A DNA stretch of 64,000 bases, from assembly GCA_030390025.1 (NCBI GenBank), contig CM059432.1, forward strand, positions 132,744,001 through 132,808,000, given 5' to 3'. Under the pieces are notes generated by a model. It did no database searches and was not told where the DNA came from. It worked only from the letters and a program-made list of their open reading frames with translations. The DNA is from Squalus acanthias (Eukaryota). A program made the position numbers and the translations under genes. Positions 11,918 through 25,283 of this stretch are shown piece by piece (the first letter of the stretch is position 1; the number at the start of each line of letters is the position of its first letter).

Positions 11918-12868
11918 ATGGCAGGGCAGCTCGGTCCCGTGGAGTGCACATCCTGTGCCATGTGGGAGTCCTCGACGCTTCACGTAGGCTGGATGACCAC
12001 ATGTGCGGGAAGTGTCGCCAGTGACAGCAACTCGAGCTCCGGGTTTCAGAGCTTGAGTAGCAGCTGGAGTCACTGCGGTGCATCCGCGAGGCTGAGAGTT
12101 GCGTGGATAGCACGTTTCTAGAGGTGGTCACCCCGCAGCTGAAGAGTGTGCAGGCAGAGAGGGAATGGGCTGACCGCTAGACAGAAGAGGAGGACCAGGC
12201 AGGTAGTGCAGGAGTCCCCGGAGTGCATCGCGCTCTCCAACCAGTATTCTGTTCTGAGTACTGGTGAGGGCGATGGTTCCTCTGGGGAGTGCAGCCAGAG
12301 TCAAGTCCATGGCACCATGGGTGGCTCAGCTGCACGCGGGGGGAGGAAAAAGAGTAGAAGAGCAATAGTGGTAGGGGATTCGATAGTTAGGGGAGCAGAC
12401 AGGCGTTTCTGCGGCCGTAGACATGACTCCAGGATGGTATGTTGCCTCCCTGGTGCCAGGCTCAAGGATGTCACTGAGCGGCTGCAGGACACTCTGAGGG
12501 GGGAGGGTGAACAGCCAGAGGTCGTTGTCCATATCGGTACCAACGACATAGGCAGAAAGAGGGATGAGGTCCTGCAGGCAGAGTTTAGGGAGCTAGGAGA
12601 GAGATTAAAAAGCAGGATCTCAAATGTAGTAATCTCCGGATTACTCCCGGTGCCACGTGCTAGTGAGTACAGGAATAGGAGGAGAGAACAGATGAATGCG
12701 TGGCTGGAGAAATGGTGCAGGAGGGAGGGCTTTAGATTCCTGAGGCATTGGGACCATTTATGGGGAAGGTGGGACCTGTACAAGCTGGATGGGTAACACT
12801 TCAACAGAGCCGGGACCAATATTCTCGCGGGCAGGTTTGCTAGTGCTGTTGGGGAGGGTTTAAACTAG
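11918..12868 (+). pseudogene. CR1 ORF1: N-terminal zinc finger plus SGNH/GDSL esterase domain
   Basis: MAGQLGPVECTSCAMWE...DHMCGKC; AIVVGDSIVRG, CLPGAR, VHIGTNDIG, DLYKLDG; several stops and frameshifts. Confidence 0.9.
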
Positions 12869-12918
12869 CTTGGCAGGGGGATGGGCACTAGCATATAGGA
12901 GTAGAAAAGCGCAATAAG

Positions 12919-15810
12919 GTGCATAAAAGAGTGAGTGTGTTGGATAGTACTAGAGAAGAAAGTAGTACTAGAGGCAGTAGTAGTACCATATTAGATAGGA
13001 GCAGACTAAGAAAGACTACGAAAAATTCAAAAATGGGTTTAGAATGCATGTGCGTAAACGCACAAAGTGTGGTGAATAAGGTTGGTGAGCTACAAGCACA
13101 ATTAGCTGTGTGGCAATATGATGTTGTGGCAGTAACGGAAACGTGGCTTAAAAACAGTGAGGACTGGGCGCTTAATATTCAAGGGTACAAGGTGTTCAGA
13201 AAAGATAGGGAAGGTAAAAAGGGAGGTGGGGTGGCAGTGCTGATTAAGGAAGACATTGTAGTGTTGGAAAGGGAGGATGTTCTTGAGGGGACAAGGACAG
13301 AATCCATTTGGTTAGAGTTGAGGAGCAAAAAGGGTATGATCACGCTATTGGGGGTATTCTATATAGTGAGAGGGAGGTAGAGGAGTAAATCTGCAGGGAA
13401 ATCGCAGAGATATGCAAGAGCTATAGAGTGGTGATATTGGGGGACTTTAATTACCCAAATATCGATTGGGATAATGCTAGGGTAAAGGGAAAGGAGGGGG
13501 AGGAATTTCTGAAATGCGTTCAGGAGAATTTCCTTGACCAATATGTTCTTGGCCCAACTAGGAAAGAGGCATTGCTGGATCTGGTGCTGGGGAATGAGGT
13601 GGGCCAGGTCAACCAAGTGTCTGTGGGAGAACACTTGGGTACGAGTGATCATCGTTTCATAAGATTTAGATTAGTAATGGAGAGGAGCAAGGAACAATCT
13701 AGAGTGGAACTTCTAAACTGGAACAGGGCTAACTTCAATGAGATGCGAAAGGATCTAGCCAGGGTAAAATGGAACCAAAGACTGACAGGAAAAACTGTAA
13801 CGGAACAATGGGTGATCTTTAAGGAGGAGATGTTCCAAGTACAGGCTAGGTACATTCCAACAAGAGGGAAGGGTAAGGGAGCCAAAACAAGGGCTCCTTG
13901 GATGACGAGGGAGATAGAGAAGATGATGAAACAAAAAAAGAGGGTGTATGATGCACGTCAGGTGAATTCTTCAAGGAGAACCAGACCAAATACAATAAGT
14001 TGAGAGGGGATGTGAAGTAGAAAATAAGATTGGCAAAGAGAGAATATGAGAGTAGAATGGCAGTTAATATAAAAGGGAACCCAAAAATCTTCGACCGGCA
14101 TGTAAACAGTAAGTGGGTAGTAAGAGGTGGGGTGGGGCCTATTAGAGACAAAGAAGGTGATATATGCTTCGAGGCACAGGGCAAGGCTAGAATACTCAAT
14201 GAGTACTTTGTTTCGGTTTTTACTAAGGAGGTGGATGCTGACAAAATATCGGTAGAAGTGAAAAAGGTAGAAGCAATGGAAGGGGTGAAAATTGATAGAC
14301 AGGATGTACTAGAAAGGCTGGGTATACTTAGAGTGGACAAGTCGCCTGGTCCAGATGGCTTGCATCCCAGGTTGCTAAGGGAATTGGGGGAGGAGATAGC
14401 TGAAGGGCTTGCCATAATTTTCCAATCTTCCCTAGATGCGGGGGAGGTGCCTGAGGATTGGAAAGTGGCAAATGTGACACCATTGTTCAAGAAAGGATGT
14501 AAGGACAATTCTAGTAACTACAGGCCTGTCAGTTTAACATCAGTGGTGGGTAAAGTTTTAGAAACAATAATCAAGGAAAAAATTAACTGGCATTTGGAGA
14601 AGTTTAAGCTAATTAAGGAGAGCCAACACGGGTTTGTAAAAGGCAGATCGTGTTTGACTAATCTCATTGAATTTTTTGATGAAGTAACAGAAAGGATTGA
14701 TGAAGGGACTGCAATGGATGTTGTCTACATGGATTTTCGGAAGGCGTTTGACAAAGTACCACATAGAAGGTTGGTTAACAAAATTGAGGCTCATGGAATA
14801 GGTGGGTCAGTGGCAGCTTGGATAAGGAATTGGCTTAAGGATAGAAAACAGCGAGTTGTGGTAAATGGCTGTTTTTCAGACCGGAGGATGTTAGACAGTG
14901 GTGTTCCCCAAGGGTCAGTGCTGGGGCCACTGCTTTTTTTGATATATATAAATGACCTGGATATTGGAATACAGAGTAGAATTTCTAAATTTGCCGATGA
15001 CCCAAACTTGGGGGTGTGGCAAACAGTGATGATATCAATCGACTGCAACAGGACATAGAAAGGCTAGCAGAATGGGCAGACAAGTGGCAGATGGAATTTA
15101 ATACAGAGAAGTGTGAGGTGATGCATTTTGGCAGAAGGAACAGGGAGAGGCACTATACACTTAATGGCAGAGTTCTAAAGAGTGTGCAGGGACAGAGGGA
15201 CCTGGGAGTTAATGTGCATAGGTCCCTGAAGGTGGCAGGTCATATTAAGAGAGTGGTTAACAAAGCATATGTGATCTTGGGCTTCATAAATAGAGGTATT
15301 GAGTACAAAAGTAGAGAAGCTATGCTGAACCCTTATAAAGCGCTGGTTAGGCCACAACTGGAGTATTGCATCCAGTTCTGGTCACCATACTTTAGGAAGG
15401 ATGTGAAGGCCCTTAAGAGGGTGCTTAGGAGATTTACCAGAATGGTTCCGGGGATGGGGGATCTTAGCTACAAGGACAGGTTGGAGAAGCTGGATTTGTT
15501 TTCATTAGAGCAAAGGAGGTTGAGGTGTACAAGATTATGACAGGTTTGGATAGGCTAGACGGGGAAAGGCTGTTCCCACTAGTTGATGGTACAAGGACTA
15601 GGGGACACAGATTTAAGGTTTTGGGCAAGAGATACAGGGGGGATGTGAGGAAAAACTTTTTTTACGCAGCGAGTGGTGGTGATCTGGTATTCGCTGCCGA
15701 CGGAAGTGGTGGAAGCGGAGACACTCAATGTTTTCAAGGGGAGACTGGATAGGCACTTGATGGAAATAAATTTGCAGGGCTACAGGGATAGAGCGGGGGA
15801 ATGGGACTGA
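12919..15810 (+). pseudogene. CR1 ORF2: APE endonuclease plus reverse transcriptase
   Basis: VAVTETWL, GGGVAV, LGDFNYP, SDH; NYRPVSLTS, MDFRKAFDKVPH, GVPQGSVLGP, KFADD; frameshifted. Confidence 0.95.
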
Positions 15811-15884
15811 CTGGATTGCTCTACAGAGAGCCGGCACAGACTCGATGGGCTGAATGGCCTCCTTCTGTGCCGTTTTGACTCTGT

Positions 15885-16764
15885 GGGAGGAATTTTACCG
15901 GCACTCAGGGGGCGGGTTTGGAGGCGGGACCGGTGGCAAAAGTGCAATGATTGACAGCGGGTCCCGAACCCGCTGTCAAGCCACCTCCAAACAATCTTCC
16001 CAGGTGTCGGGTACCCGATTTGCGCATGGACCCGACACCGAGCGGCGGGAAGAGGATTATAGGCACTTAACTGCTTGTTAACAGGTTGTTAACAGGCAGT
16101 TAAGAGGCTTTTTCCAATTTTGACAGGTCTACTGCGGACTTCCCGAGGTCCAGACACCACGCCAGGGTAAGTGTGGCGTGCTGTGGGTCTACTGTAATGT
16201 TTCTGCATTGATGACAGCTGCAGAAGTGGTGTGAAGAATCCAATGGTGCCCTGGTGAGTTTCAGAGGTAAGAAAATGTTGGGAAAATAATTTTTAATGTA
16301 TTTAGACTTTTCTGTAGTTAACAAGTTTTGAACTGTTTGTGTCAGTCCCACCTCATTGGGAGAACCTCTCTCACCAGTGACAGATCGCTTCTGTAACCTC
16401 ACCTGCAGCTGCCATCTGTTCTAGCCTAAGGAGGGAGTCACTGGAGAGTCTGGGTGCAAGGGCTCACCTTTGTCCAGTGATTGTCAGTGTTTGCAGCACC
16501 TCAATGCTGTCAAACATTGAAAAATCACCTGTCAAAAAAAAAAGTGTGTGGCCACTTTAAGAAAACTGGCATATGATGCATCATCAACGGACGTCATCTG
16601 ACACCGGCTTTCTCTTAATTGGCCGGCAAGCCCGCACAGGCGGGCTTAACAAGGCCAATTGACGCAAAATAGCGTCTGTGCGTCGGACGTCATTGGGGGC
16701 GGGATCGGAACCCGGAAGGCAGCTGTCCTGCCCCCAAGCCACATCGAAAGGTAAAATCTAGCCC
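15885..16764. mobile_element. Non-autonomous Harbinger element, family D
   Basis: TIR gggaggaattttacc / ggtaaaatctagccc; flanks tgt/tat; colinear with 2511-3342. Confidence 0.8.
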
Positions 16765-17074
16765 TATGACCCCAGGTGTCAGGAACATTAACCAATAGAT
16801 AGCAAAACGTAAGACTTGCCTGTAACATGAAGTTTGCTTCCCCCCATCCCAATGAAATGGTTGGCCCCCTTATTAATTTTTACTCGGGCGAATGAAAGAC
16901 TAAGCTCAGTGAATGGGGAGGATCAAGAGAAAATAGAGAGAAAAGTTTGGTTACATTTTCAGTTATATTAGTGACGTTAATCAAAAGTCACTACAGCTAC
17001 TTACGACGTAGCCTGTTCCCCGAGTCTCTTTTCGAAAGTATTCAAGTTCAGGCTGTGGTCCCCGTAACTTGAAG

Positions 17075-17493
17075 ATGTGCGGTGGGTGCTGACTGTCTTT
17101 ATGCCTTCAAGAGGGAGCTGGACCGGTTTCTGACTGGGGCAGAGATCGCATCATATAGAAGGTCAGTGTCTTTATACAGAACACTTGGTCCGTGTGATCT
17201 CCTGGACTGGATTCGATCACCTGAGGGGGTCGGAGAGGAATTTTCCAGTGCATTTTTTCCCTGATGGGTGCTGATTTTTTCCCTCTTTTTTTTTTGCCTT
17301 TCCCAGGAGATTACCTGGCTGGGGCTGCGGGTGGGTGGGGGTGGGGGGGGGGGGCGGGGGCGGTGGTGGGGCGGGTCGGTGGTGGAGAGTTGGGAAAAGT
17401 GTCCAGTCATAATGCTCCGCCCATCATGGTGTGGGGCAGGCTTGATGGATCAACTGGTCTTTTCCCGGCCGTCAATGTCGTATGTTCGTATGT
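17075..17493 (+). mobile_element. CR1 3' end with long 3' UTR
   Basis: Encodes ...AFKRELDRFL; tail tcgtatgttcgtatgt. Confidence 0.75.
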
Positions 17494-18902
17494 GGGTGGG
17501 GGAGGTGGGGAATTCTCCTCGGTGATCCTGCTCAAAATTGATCAGGATTGTGGCTGAGAATGGTGGAAAATTTGGGCTTCACCACCCTGACCGTGCTTTT
17601 CACTCCCCTGCCCCCATGGGGACTGCTACTGGCCACTTCTACCTCCCCCATTGCACGAAAATTGTAGTGCAGAGGACAACACTTGGGTCCCTGGAGGATT
17701 AGCCTCCTTTCTGCCCCACCTTAACGTAATTTCCCAAGGCCACCATGTGAAAAGTGACCTCAAGAGGCAGTGCTAAAGACCTTGAGGTCCCTCCATGGAG
17801 GGAGAAGGCCTTGTAGTATCCTCCTCTCCCTCCGGGCAGCCCCAATACTTAACCTGCTGAAGAATCTCAACTGAGGCCTTCAGTAAGAGCCTTGAAGCGA
17901 TGTTCCGGGTACTTCTTTCTGCTCCTCTGAGGTCCCTCTTTACCTATTTTGATGTTGCATTGGCATTCCTGCTGTAGCACTGCCAAAAACCTTTATCCCT
18001 CACACTGGCCGGCTCCCACTTTGTGGTGGGAATCCTGCCGGGAGCCTGCCATGAAGACAAGATGAACCCAGGAAAATGGGTCGGGGTGGGGCGGATCCGG
18101 ACTCCCACCCCACAGGACCATCGATAGTTTTCTTATACTGAACTGGAGTCTTCTGTAAAAGCCCTAATACTACCCAGGTAATCATCCATAATCACCACGG
18201 AACTCACTAATATGTTTTTCAAACCTTCTCACATTCCTCAAAGCTATATCTGCAAACACCTAGCAGTCTTTTATCTTTAAAGCTATGGGCATCTAGTCCA
18301 TTGCATGACTGGTCCCACAAGCAAAAGTTACCCTCTCAGCAGCGCAGTCAACATTCAGCTTTGCAGGGAGGTTTAAAGGAGGGTAGAGTTAAAAGCATTC
18401 ATACCACCAGCATTCATTGTGTCCACAAAGCTCTGCCTTTATCCATGGATATTTTGGGGGAAAACTTCATTCTTTTTCCTAATTATAACTCGAAACATTT
18501 AGAAATTATTTTTTAAATTCTCATGCTTTCTTGACCAATATAGCGCAAAGTTTTGTGACTACAGGGAAAAATGTCCCAGAAACTAGGAAACTGCAAAGTG
18601 ACAGCAGGCACAGATCAACGAGTTGCATCTACAGCAGTTTTAACTTATCCTGTGCATTGTTCCCCTTTGTAGAACCCAGTAGTGGTCTTGATACTGAGAT
18701 CTTGATTCTGAATCGGGATCTTTCCTCTAAGCATCTAATTCACTTCCAAATTTTAGATAGCAATGTGCGGAGTTGGGAGCTGGCAAGTTCTGATAACTAC
18801 ATTGTGCTACTGACTTTAAAGATTCACTGACCACAACAGTAATGAAATTGAGTTTGCATCAGCAGATATGCTGTCATTAATCAGACTGCTTCTGCTGTAC
18901 CT

Positions 18903-18919
18903 GTGTGTTTGTGTGTGTG

Positions 18920-18952
<33 letters not shown>

Positions 18953-19130
18953 TGTTTGTGTTTGTGTGTGTGTTTGTGTTTGTGTTTGTGTGCTTGTTTG
19001 CGTCTGTGTGTATATGCTTGTGTGTGCGAGTGTGTTTGCGTGTGTATGCTTGTGTGTGCATGTGTATTTGTTTGTGTGTGTTTGTTTGCATGTGTTTGTG
19101 TGCAAGTGTGTTTGCGTCTGTGTGTGTGTT
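18903..19130. repeat. Degenerate (TG)n microsatellite (continues 20854-20930)
   Basis: Direct inspection. Confidence 0.95.
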
Positions 19131-20750
19131 TACATAGGATATATGGCACAGAAACAGGCCATTTGGCCCAACCAGTCCATGCTGGCCTATATGCTCCATA
19201 CGAGCCTCCTCTTGTTTTTCCTCATCTAAATCTATCAGCATCACCCTCTATTCCCTTTTCCCTCATGTGCTTATCTAGCCTCCTTACATTATATATTAAT
19301 GATTTGGACGAAGGGATTAAATGTAATATCTCCAAATTTGCGGATGACACTAAATTGGGAGGCAGTGTGAACAATGAGGAGGATGCTAGGAGGCTACAGA
19401 GTGACTTGGACAGGTTGGGTGAATGGGCAAATGTATGGCAGATGAAGTACAATGTGGATAAATGTGAGGTTATCCACTTTGGTGGTAAAAATAGAGAGGC
19501 GGACTATTACCTGAATGGTGGCAGATTAGGGAAAGGGGACGTGCAACGAGACCTGGGCGTCATGGTACATCAGTCACTGAAGGTGGGAATGCAAGTGCAG
19601 CAGGCAGTCAAGAAAGCAAACGGAATGATGGCCTTCATAGCAAGGGGATTTGAGTACAGGAGTAGGGAGGTGATGCTACAGTTGTACAGGGCCTTGGTGA
19701 GGCCACACCTGGAGTATTGTGCGCAGTTTTGGTCTCCTAACTTAAGGAAGGACATTCTTGCTATTGAGGGAGTGCAGCGAAGGTTCACTAGATTGATTCC
19801 TGGGATGGCCGGACTGACATATCAAGAAAGATTGGGTCAACTGAACTTGTATCCTCTGGAGTTCAGAAGAATGAGGGGGGATCTTATAGAGACATTTAAA
19901 ATCCTGACTGGTTTAGACAAATTAGATGCGGGCAGAATGTTCCCAATGGTAGGGAAAACTAGAACCAGGGGTCACAGTCTAAGGATTAAGGGGAAGCCAT
20001 TTAGGACTGAGCTGAGGAGGAACTTCTTCACCCAGAGAGTGGTGAATCTATGGAATTCTCTTCCACAGAAGGTTGTTGAGGCCAGTTCGCTAAATATATT
20101 CAAAAGGGAGTTAGATATAACACTCACAACTAAGGGGATCAAGGGGTATGGCGAGAAAGCAGGAATGGGGTACTGAGGTAGCATGTTCAGCCATGAACGC
20201 ATTGAATGGCGGTGCAGGCTCGAAGGACCGAATGGTCTACTCCTGTACCTATTTTCTATGTTTCTATGTTTCTCCCCTTAAATGCATCTATACTATTTGC
20301 TTCAACCACTCCCTGTGGTAGCGAGTTCCACATTCTCCCCACTCTCTGGGTAAAGAAGTTTCTTCTGAATTCCCTATTGGATTTCTTGGTGACTATCTTG
20401 TATTGATGGCCTCTAGTTATGCTCTTCCCCACAAGTGGAAACACTCTCTCTGTATCCGCTCTCTCAAAATTTTTCATAATTTTAAAGATCTCTATTAGAT
20501 CACCCCTCAGCCTTCTTTTGTCAAGAGAAAAGAGACCCAGCCTGTTCATCCTTTCCTGATATGTATACCCTCGCATTTCTAGTATCATCCTTGTAAATCT
20601 TTTCTGCACCCTCTCCAGTGCCTCTATATCCTTTTTATAATATGGCGACTAGAACTGTACGCAGTACTCTAAGTGTCGTCTAACCAAGGTTCGATACAGG
20701 TTTTAGCATAACTTCCCTACTTTTCATTTCTATACCTCTAGAAATAAATC
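19131..20750 (-). mobile_element. CR1 family C 3' portion, split by a younger CR1
   Basis: Tail tacatagga; minus ORF 20256-20609 (RRLRGDLIEIFKI, RRNFFTQRV); halves rejoin at ctcc. Confidence 0.9.
19284..20271 (+). mobile_element. 5'-truncated HER1-like CR1 with uninterrupted RT C-terminal frame
   Basis: LYINDLDEG...KFADDTKL...GYGEKAGMGY* open to 20176; (tttctatg)n tail. Confidence 0.95.
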
Positions 20751-21437
20751 CTACCCGACATAGACTGGTTGGGCTGAATGGCCTGTTTCTGTGCCGTATA
20801 TCCTATGTAATCCTATGTAAGTACACACACAAATGCAAACACACTCGCGCACATGTTTGCGTGTGTGTGTGTTTGCGTCTGTGTGCATCTGTGTGTGTGC
20901 ATGTGTATGTTTGTGTGTGCGTGTTTGCAAGCACATTAATTCTGTTCTGTTCAGCTCAACCCAGTCCCACGATGATGTCATCAACCTTCGTTCTTTTAAG
21001 ACACATCAAAGCAGCACAAATGACACATAATCAAAGTCAAAGGGATGTTAGTGACTCCAATTCTTTCCAATTTTTTTTGAAGAGATTGTGATGGTGAAGA
21101 TCACCTTTCACAGTGTATCATTTAATAACCATTTACAATCTTGTTCTATGTGTTTTGTCAACAGTTAAAGTGCATGTCTTACAAGTTCATGATGATTTCC
21201 ATGACAGTTAACTGCGAGGCTTGATTATGCCTTTGTTTGATTTTTGCCTTTCAGCCATATGGTATGTCCCAGAAAGAGTGGGATCATCCAGGAAACATAA
21301 TTAATCTGCTCAGTCCCAAATTTCCCTGGTAACAAATGTCATAATTTCTTCCACGTAACACCCACAGACCTGTCATTGTGTGGATTTTGAATAGTCAATT
21401 ATTGCAAACCAAAATTATGGATATATCATATATGCGA

Positions 21438-23445
21438 GGAACATAGGAATGGGAGTGGCCATTCAGCCCCTCGAGCCTGTTCCGCCATTCAATGAGATCA
21501 TGGCTGATTTGTGATATAATTCCATATCCCTTAATACCTTTGGTTAACAAAAAACTATCAATCTCCGATTTAACATTAACAATTGATCTAGCACCAATTG
21601 CCATTTGCGGAAGAAAGTTCCAAACTTCTACCACCCTTTGTGTGTCGAAGTGTTTCCTAATTTCACTCCTGAAAGGTCTGGCTCTAATTTTTAGACTATG
21701 GGGGAGAAATTCAGTATCGCCCCATTTGGGGCGCAATTATCGGCCGGGCGCAAAGATTAGCGCCTGGCGCTAATTATCGCCTCCGACTGCAAACTTGGCT
21801 TTTATCGCCCCTGGAGGTGATTGGAGCGCTAAATCAGGCGCTTCACACCTGTCTTAAGGCGCAAAGGCCGAGGAGCGAGGCGCTACCTCAGAGCGCTGGC
21901 GAAGCTCATGTGATGTCAGTCAGCAATGGAACACACACACAATGGCACGGGCCAGTTCTTAAAGGGGATGGTTAATCTTGCTTTCCATCCACATCCTGCT
22001 CATTGCAGCCTTGAATCTCGGCCTGGAGAGACCTGCACATCAAATCTGCTGGAAAGAACAATGGAGAGTACCAGGGAAAGAGCTCAGAGTGCAGCCCCCA
22101 CAGTCTCTTCTAAATCGATACAAGGAATGGCAAATCAAAATGAACCTGCAAAGTGCTGCTCAGTACCCAAAACTCCTTCACACAACGTTGAATCTCTCCA
22201 GAAGTCTCTCTCCCTCTCTCTCAGAATGCACGGTTCAAAAATGGCACCAACAATAAAAGGCAGGAAGCGGTCACCTTTAAATAGCGCTCCCCCAGTCCCT
22301 TCATGACTGCAAAACGCTCCCCTCAACCTGTCGTTGCTAGCGTCAGGCGGTAAGGCAGGGGGCGCCACTCAATATCCGCTCCGGGGCGATACCGGGGCGT
22401 TGCGCACTCGACTGACGTCACGATCTGCCGGCGCAGGAGATCGTGGCGGTAGTGTTTAGCGCCGCCGCAAAATGTCTAGTTAATTTCGCGAGCTCTTAAG
22501 GCGCTAACGGGAGGCGCAACCAACTGAATTTTTCCCCCTATGTCCCCTAGTCCTAGAATCCCCAACCAGCGGAAAGTGTTTCCCTCTTTCTACCCTATCT
22601 GTTCACCTTAATATCCTGAAAACTTCGATCAGATCACCCTTTAACCTTCTAAATTCGTGGGAATACAGCCCTAATTTGTATACTTTCTCCTCATAACTTA
22701 ACCCTTGAAGTCCGGGTATCATTCTGGTAAACCTACGCTGCACTCCCTCCAAGGCCAATATATCCTTCCTAAGGTGTGGTGCCCAGAACTGCTCACAGTA
22801 TTTCAGGTGTGGTCTAACCAGGGTTTTGTATAGCTGCAGCATAACTTCTAACCCCTTGTATTCTAGTCCTCTAGATACAAAGGCCAGCATTCCATTCGCC
22901 TTTTTCTTTATTTTATCTACCTGTTCATGACATTTTAATGACCAATGTACCTGAACCCTCAAGTCTCTTTGGACATCCACTGTTTTTAGCTTTTCACCAT
23001 TTAGAAAGGATGACTTCACATTTGCTTACATTGAAATCCATTTGCCACAGTTTTGCCCATTCACTTAATCTATCGATATCCCTTTGTAATTTTATGCTTT
23101 CATCTACACTGCCTACAATGCCGCCTATCTTTGTGTCATCGGCAAATTTGGATATATGACTTTCTATGCCATCATCTAAGTCGTTAATAAATACAGTGAA
23201 TAGTTGAGGCCCCAACACAGATCCCTGCGGGTCACCAGTAGTCACATCCTGCCGATTTGAGTACCTACCCATTATCCCTACTCTCTGTCACCTGCCACTC
23301 AGCCAATTTCCTAACCAGGTCAATAATTTTCCCTCAATTCCATAGGCTGCTACCTTAGATAACAGTCTCTTATGTGGGACTTTATCAAATGCCTTCTGGA
23401 GGTCCATATAAATAACATCCATAGACATTCCCCCGTCCATGGAGC
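21438..23445 (-). mobile_element. 5'-truncated CR1 LINE, split by a Harbinger element
   Basis: Minus ORFs with PQGSVLGP, KFADDTKI, LVRPHL; tail ggaacatagga. Confidence 0.9.
21700..22538. mobile_element. Non-autonomous Harbinger element, family A (inverted relative to 10454)
   Basis: TIR gggggagaaattcag / ctgaatttttccccc; TSD TAT. Confidence 0.9.
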
Positions 23446-23677
23446 ATGTTCAACTCCTAGAATGTTACAGCAGTAATGAGTCATTTGGTCCATTAAGTCT
23501 GCCCTGGTCTTTGTCTCCCCATGAGCCACCTTGTCTAATCCCTCTCTCCTCCCATACTCTTTAATATTTCTCTTTTGCAAAACACTGTCTAATTATTACT
23601 GCAACTGTCCTACAACTGTTCCTGTCTCTGAAACTACCCAAAGACTAACACAGGGAGGAAGGGCTCTGCAGTGTCAG

Positions 23678-23866
23678 CATAGAAGATAGGAGCAGGAGTA
23701 GGCCATTCGGCCCCTCGAGCCTGCTCCGCCATTTAATGAGATCATGGCTGATCATCCAAATTCAGTACCCTGTGCCTGCTTTCTTCCCATATCCCTTGAT
23801 CCCTTTAGCCTTAAGAAATATATCCATCTCCTTCTTGAATATATTTAATGAATTGGCCTCAACTGC
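23678..23866 (-). mobile_element. HER1-like CR1 3' end
   Basis: Reverse-complement match to 8085-8277. Confidence 0.8.
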
Positions 23867-24275
23867 AGATCATTAGTTAGAGTGAAGCAAGAGCAATGTT
23901 TACGTAGGTTGCCAAAACTTGCAGTGAGATATTTGCCGCACGGTGAACTAGCTTCAGTCATGTCACGGTGGTAAGCCAGTGAGGGTTACAGGATGGACTG
24001 TGAATAGTAATTGAGCCCTACTGGGATGATAATGGGGAATTTCAGATAAAAGCAAAATTTTTATCCTCTTGGAGCTGTTCCTAGTAAAAGAGTGTGACTT
24101 AGGGTTGCCAACTCTGGTTGGACTTATTCCTGGAGGTTCGGGCACATGACATTCAGTCACATGACATTCAGGACAGTCTGCAAATGTTATTGCATTTACT
24201 TAACGGCTGGATTGGCGGCCTCAAACTCAGAACATTACAGATTTCTCATGCAAGTTTATCAGGGTTGGAAATTCT

Positions 24276-24392
24276 AAATAAAGCAGTTTTGTGCTGTGCA
24301 TTCATCAGTGCTGTGATTATACCAAGATAGTAACTGCTAAATAAATTACTACCCCAGCACTGATGAATGCACAGCACCAAATTGCTTTATTT
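24276..24392. repeat. Inverted repeat, 38-bp arms with 41-nt spacer
   Basis: 24276-24313 versus 24355-24392, 2 mismatches. Confidence 0.9.
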
Positions 24393-24662
24393 AAAATTAT
24401 TGTAACACTTAACAGATGCCAGCTCTCACGAGACCTAATCTATTCATTGACCCTGGACATTTCTTAAATCCCGGTGTTCCAAACTTTAAAAAAAAAAGTA
24501 AATCACAGAAAAGCAGACCACCGACCTCTCTGGGCTGGGAACTCCAGCAATTTCCATCACAAAGAATAAGGAGGCATCAAACACTGCAGTTTCTAATCTT
24601 AATTAAGCAATAAACACTGCATAAATTAGTAAATGCACAAAACCGGAGAGTGGCTAGACTAC

Positions 24663-24878
24663 TCGCTACCACAAGGAGTAACTGAGGCGAATAACATAGA
24701 TGCATTTCAAGGGAAGCGAGACAAGTGCATAAGGGGGCAAAGGAATGGAAGGATATACTGATAGGGTTAGATAAACAAGGGGTGGGAGGAGGCTCGTGTG
24801 GAGCATAAACACCGGTACTGACCAGTTGGGCCGAATGGCCCGTTTCTGAGCTGTAAATACTGTGTAATTCTTTGTAAA
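24663..24878 (+). mobile_element. CR1 family C 3' end
   Basis: Similar to reverse complement of 19131-19283 and 47050-47240. Confidence 0.8.
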
Positions 24879-25283
24879 ACAGCTCCTGCACCTTAGTAAA
24901 CACTGAAGATATGTCTGTTTGAAAAATGTTGAACCGTGCTCACTTATACAACTGATAAAGTAATCGTAGTGGGGAAGATTAGTAATGGAAATGACCAGTG
25001 GCAGGCAGGCAAGAAGACATGAGGAGCGCTTCTCGGTTGAAATGCTGCGAGCGAGGCGGGCTGCTGCAGGCACAGCGACTCTGCCCGTGGACCGTCCCGC
25101 TCCACCGCCATAACATCGCAGGAAGTGCGAGAAGACGACTCTCCGGTGAGCTTAAGGGCGGTGGGGGCAGGGCAGGACCAATGGCAGTCCTCGAGGGATG
25201 GAGAATTGCTCTGTTCAGCTCCACAGAGGCAGGTAGGAGGGTGAGGAGCAGGAGTTGACAGTGCGAGCCATCGGTGGCACAAA

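Larger units (their letters stand above)
11366..15884 (+). mobile_element. Near full-length CR1 LINE (decayed)
   Basis: 5' tandem repeats, ORF1, ORF2 and 3' UTR in order; tail interrupted by the element at 15885. Confidence 0.95.

Noticed and set aside
18905..20176. 423-aa ORF resembling a Cys/Val-rich protein fused to RT
   Set aside because: Chance read-through of a TG microsatellite and an antisense CR1 UTR into an inserted CR1 fragment.
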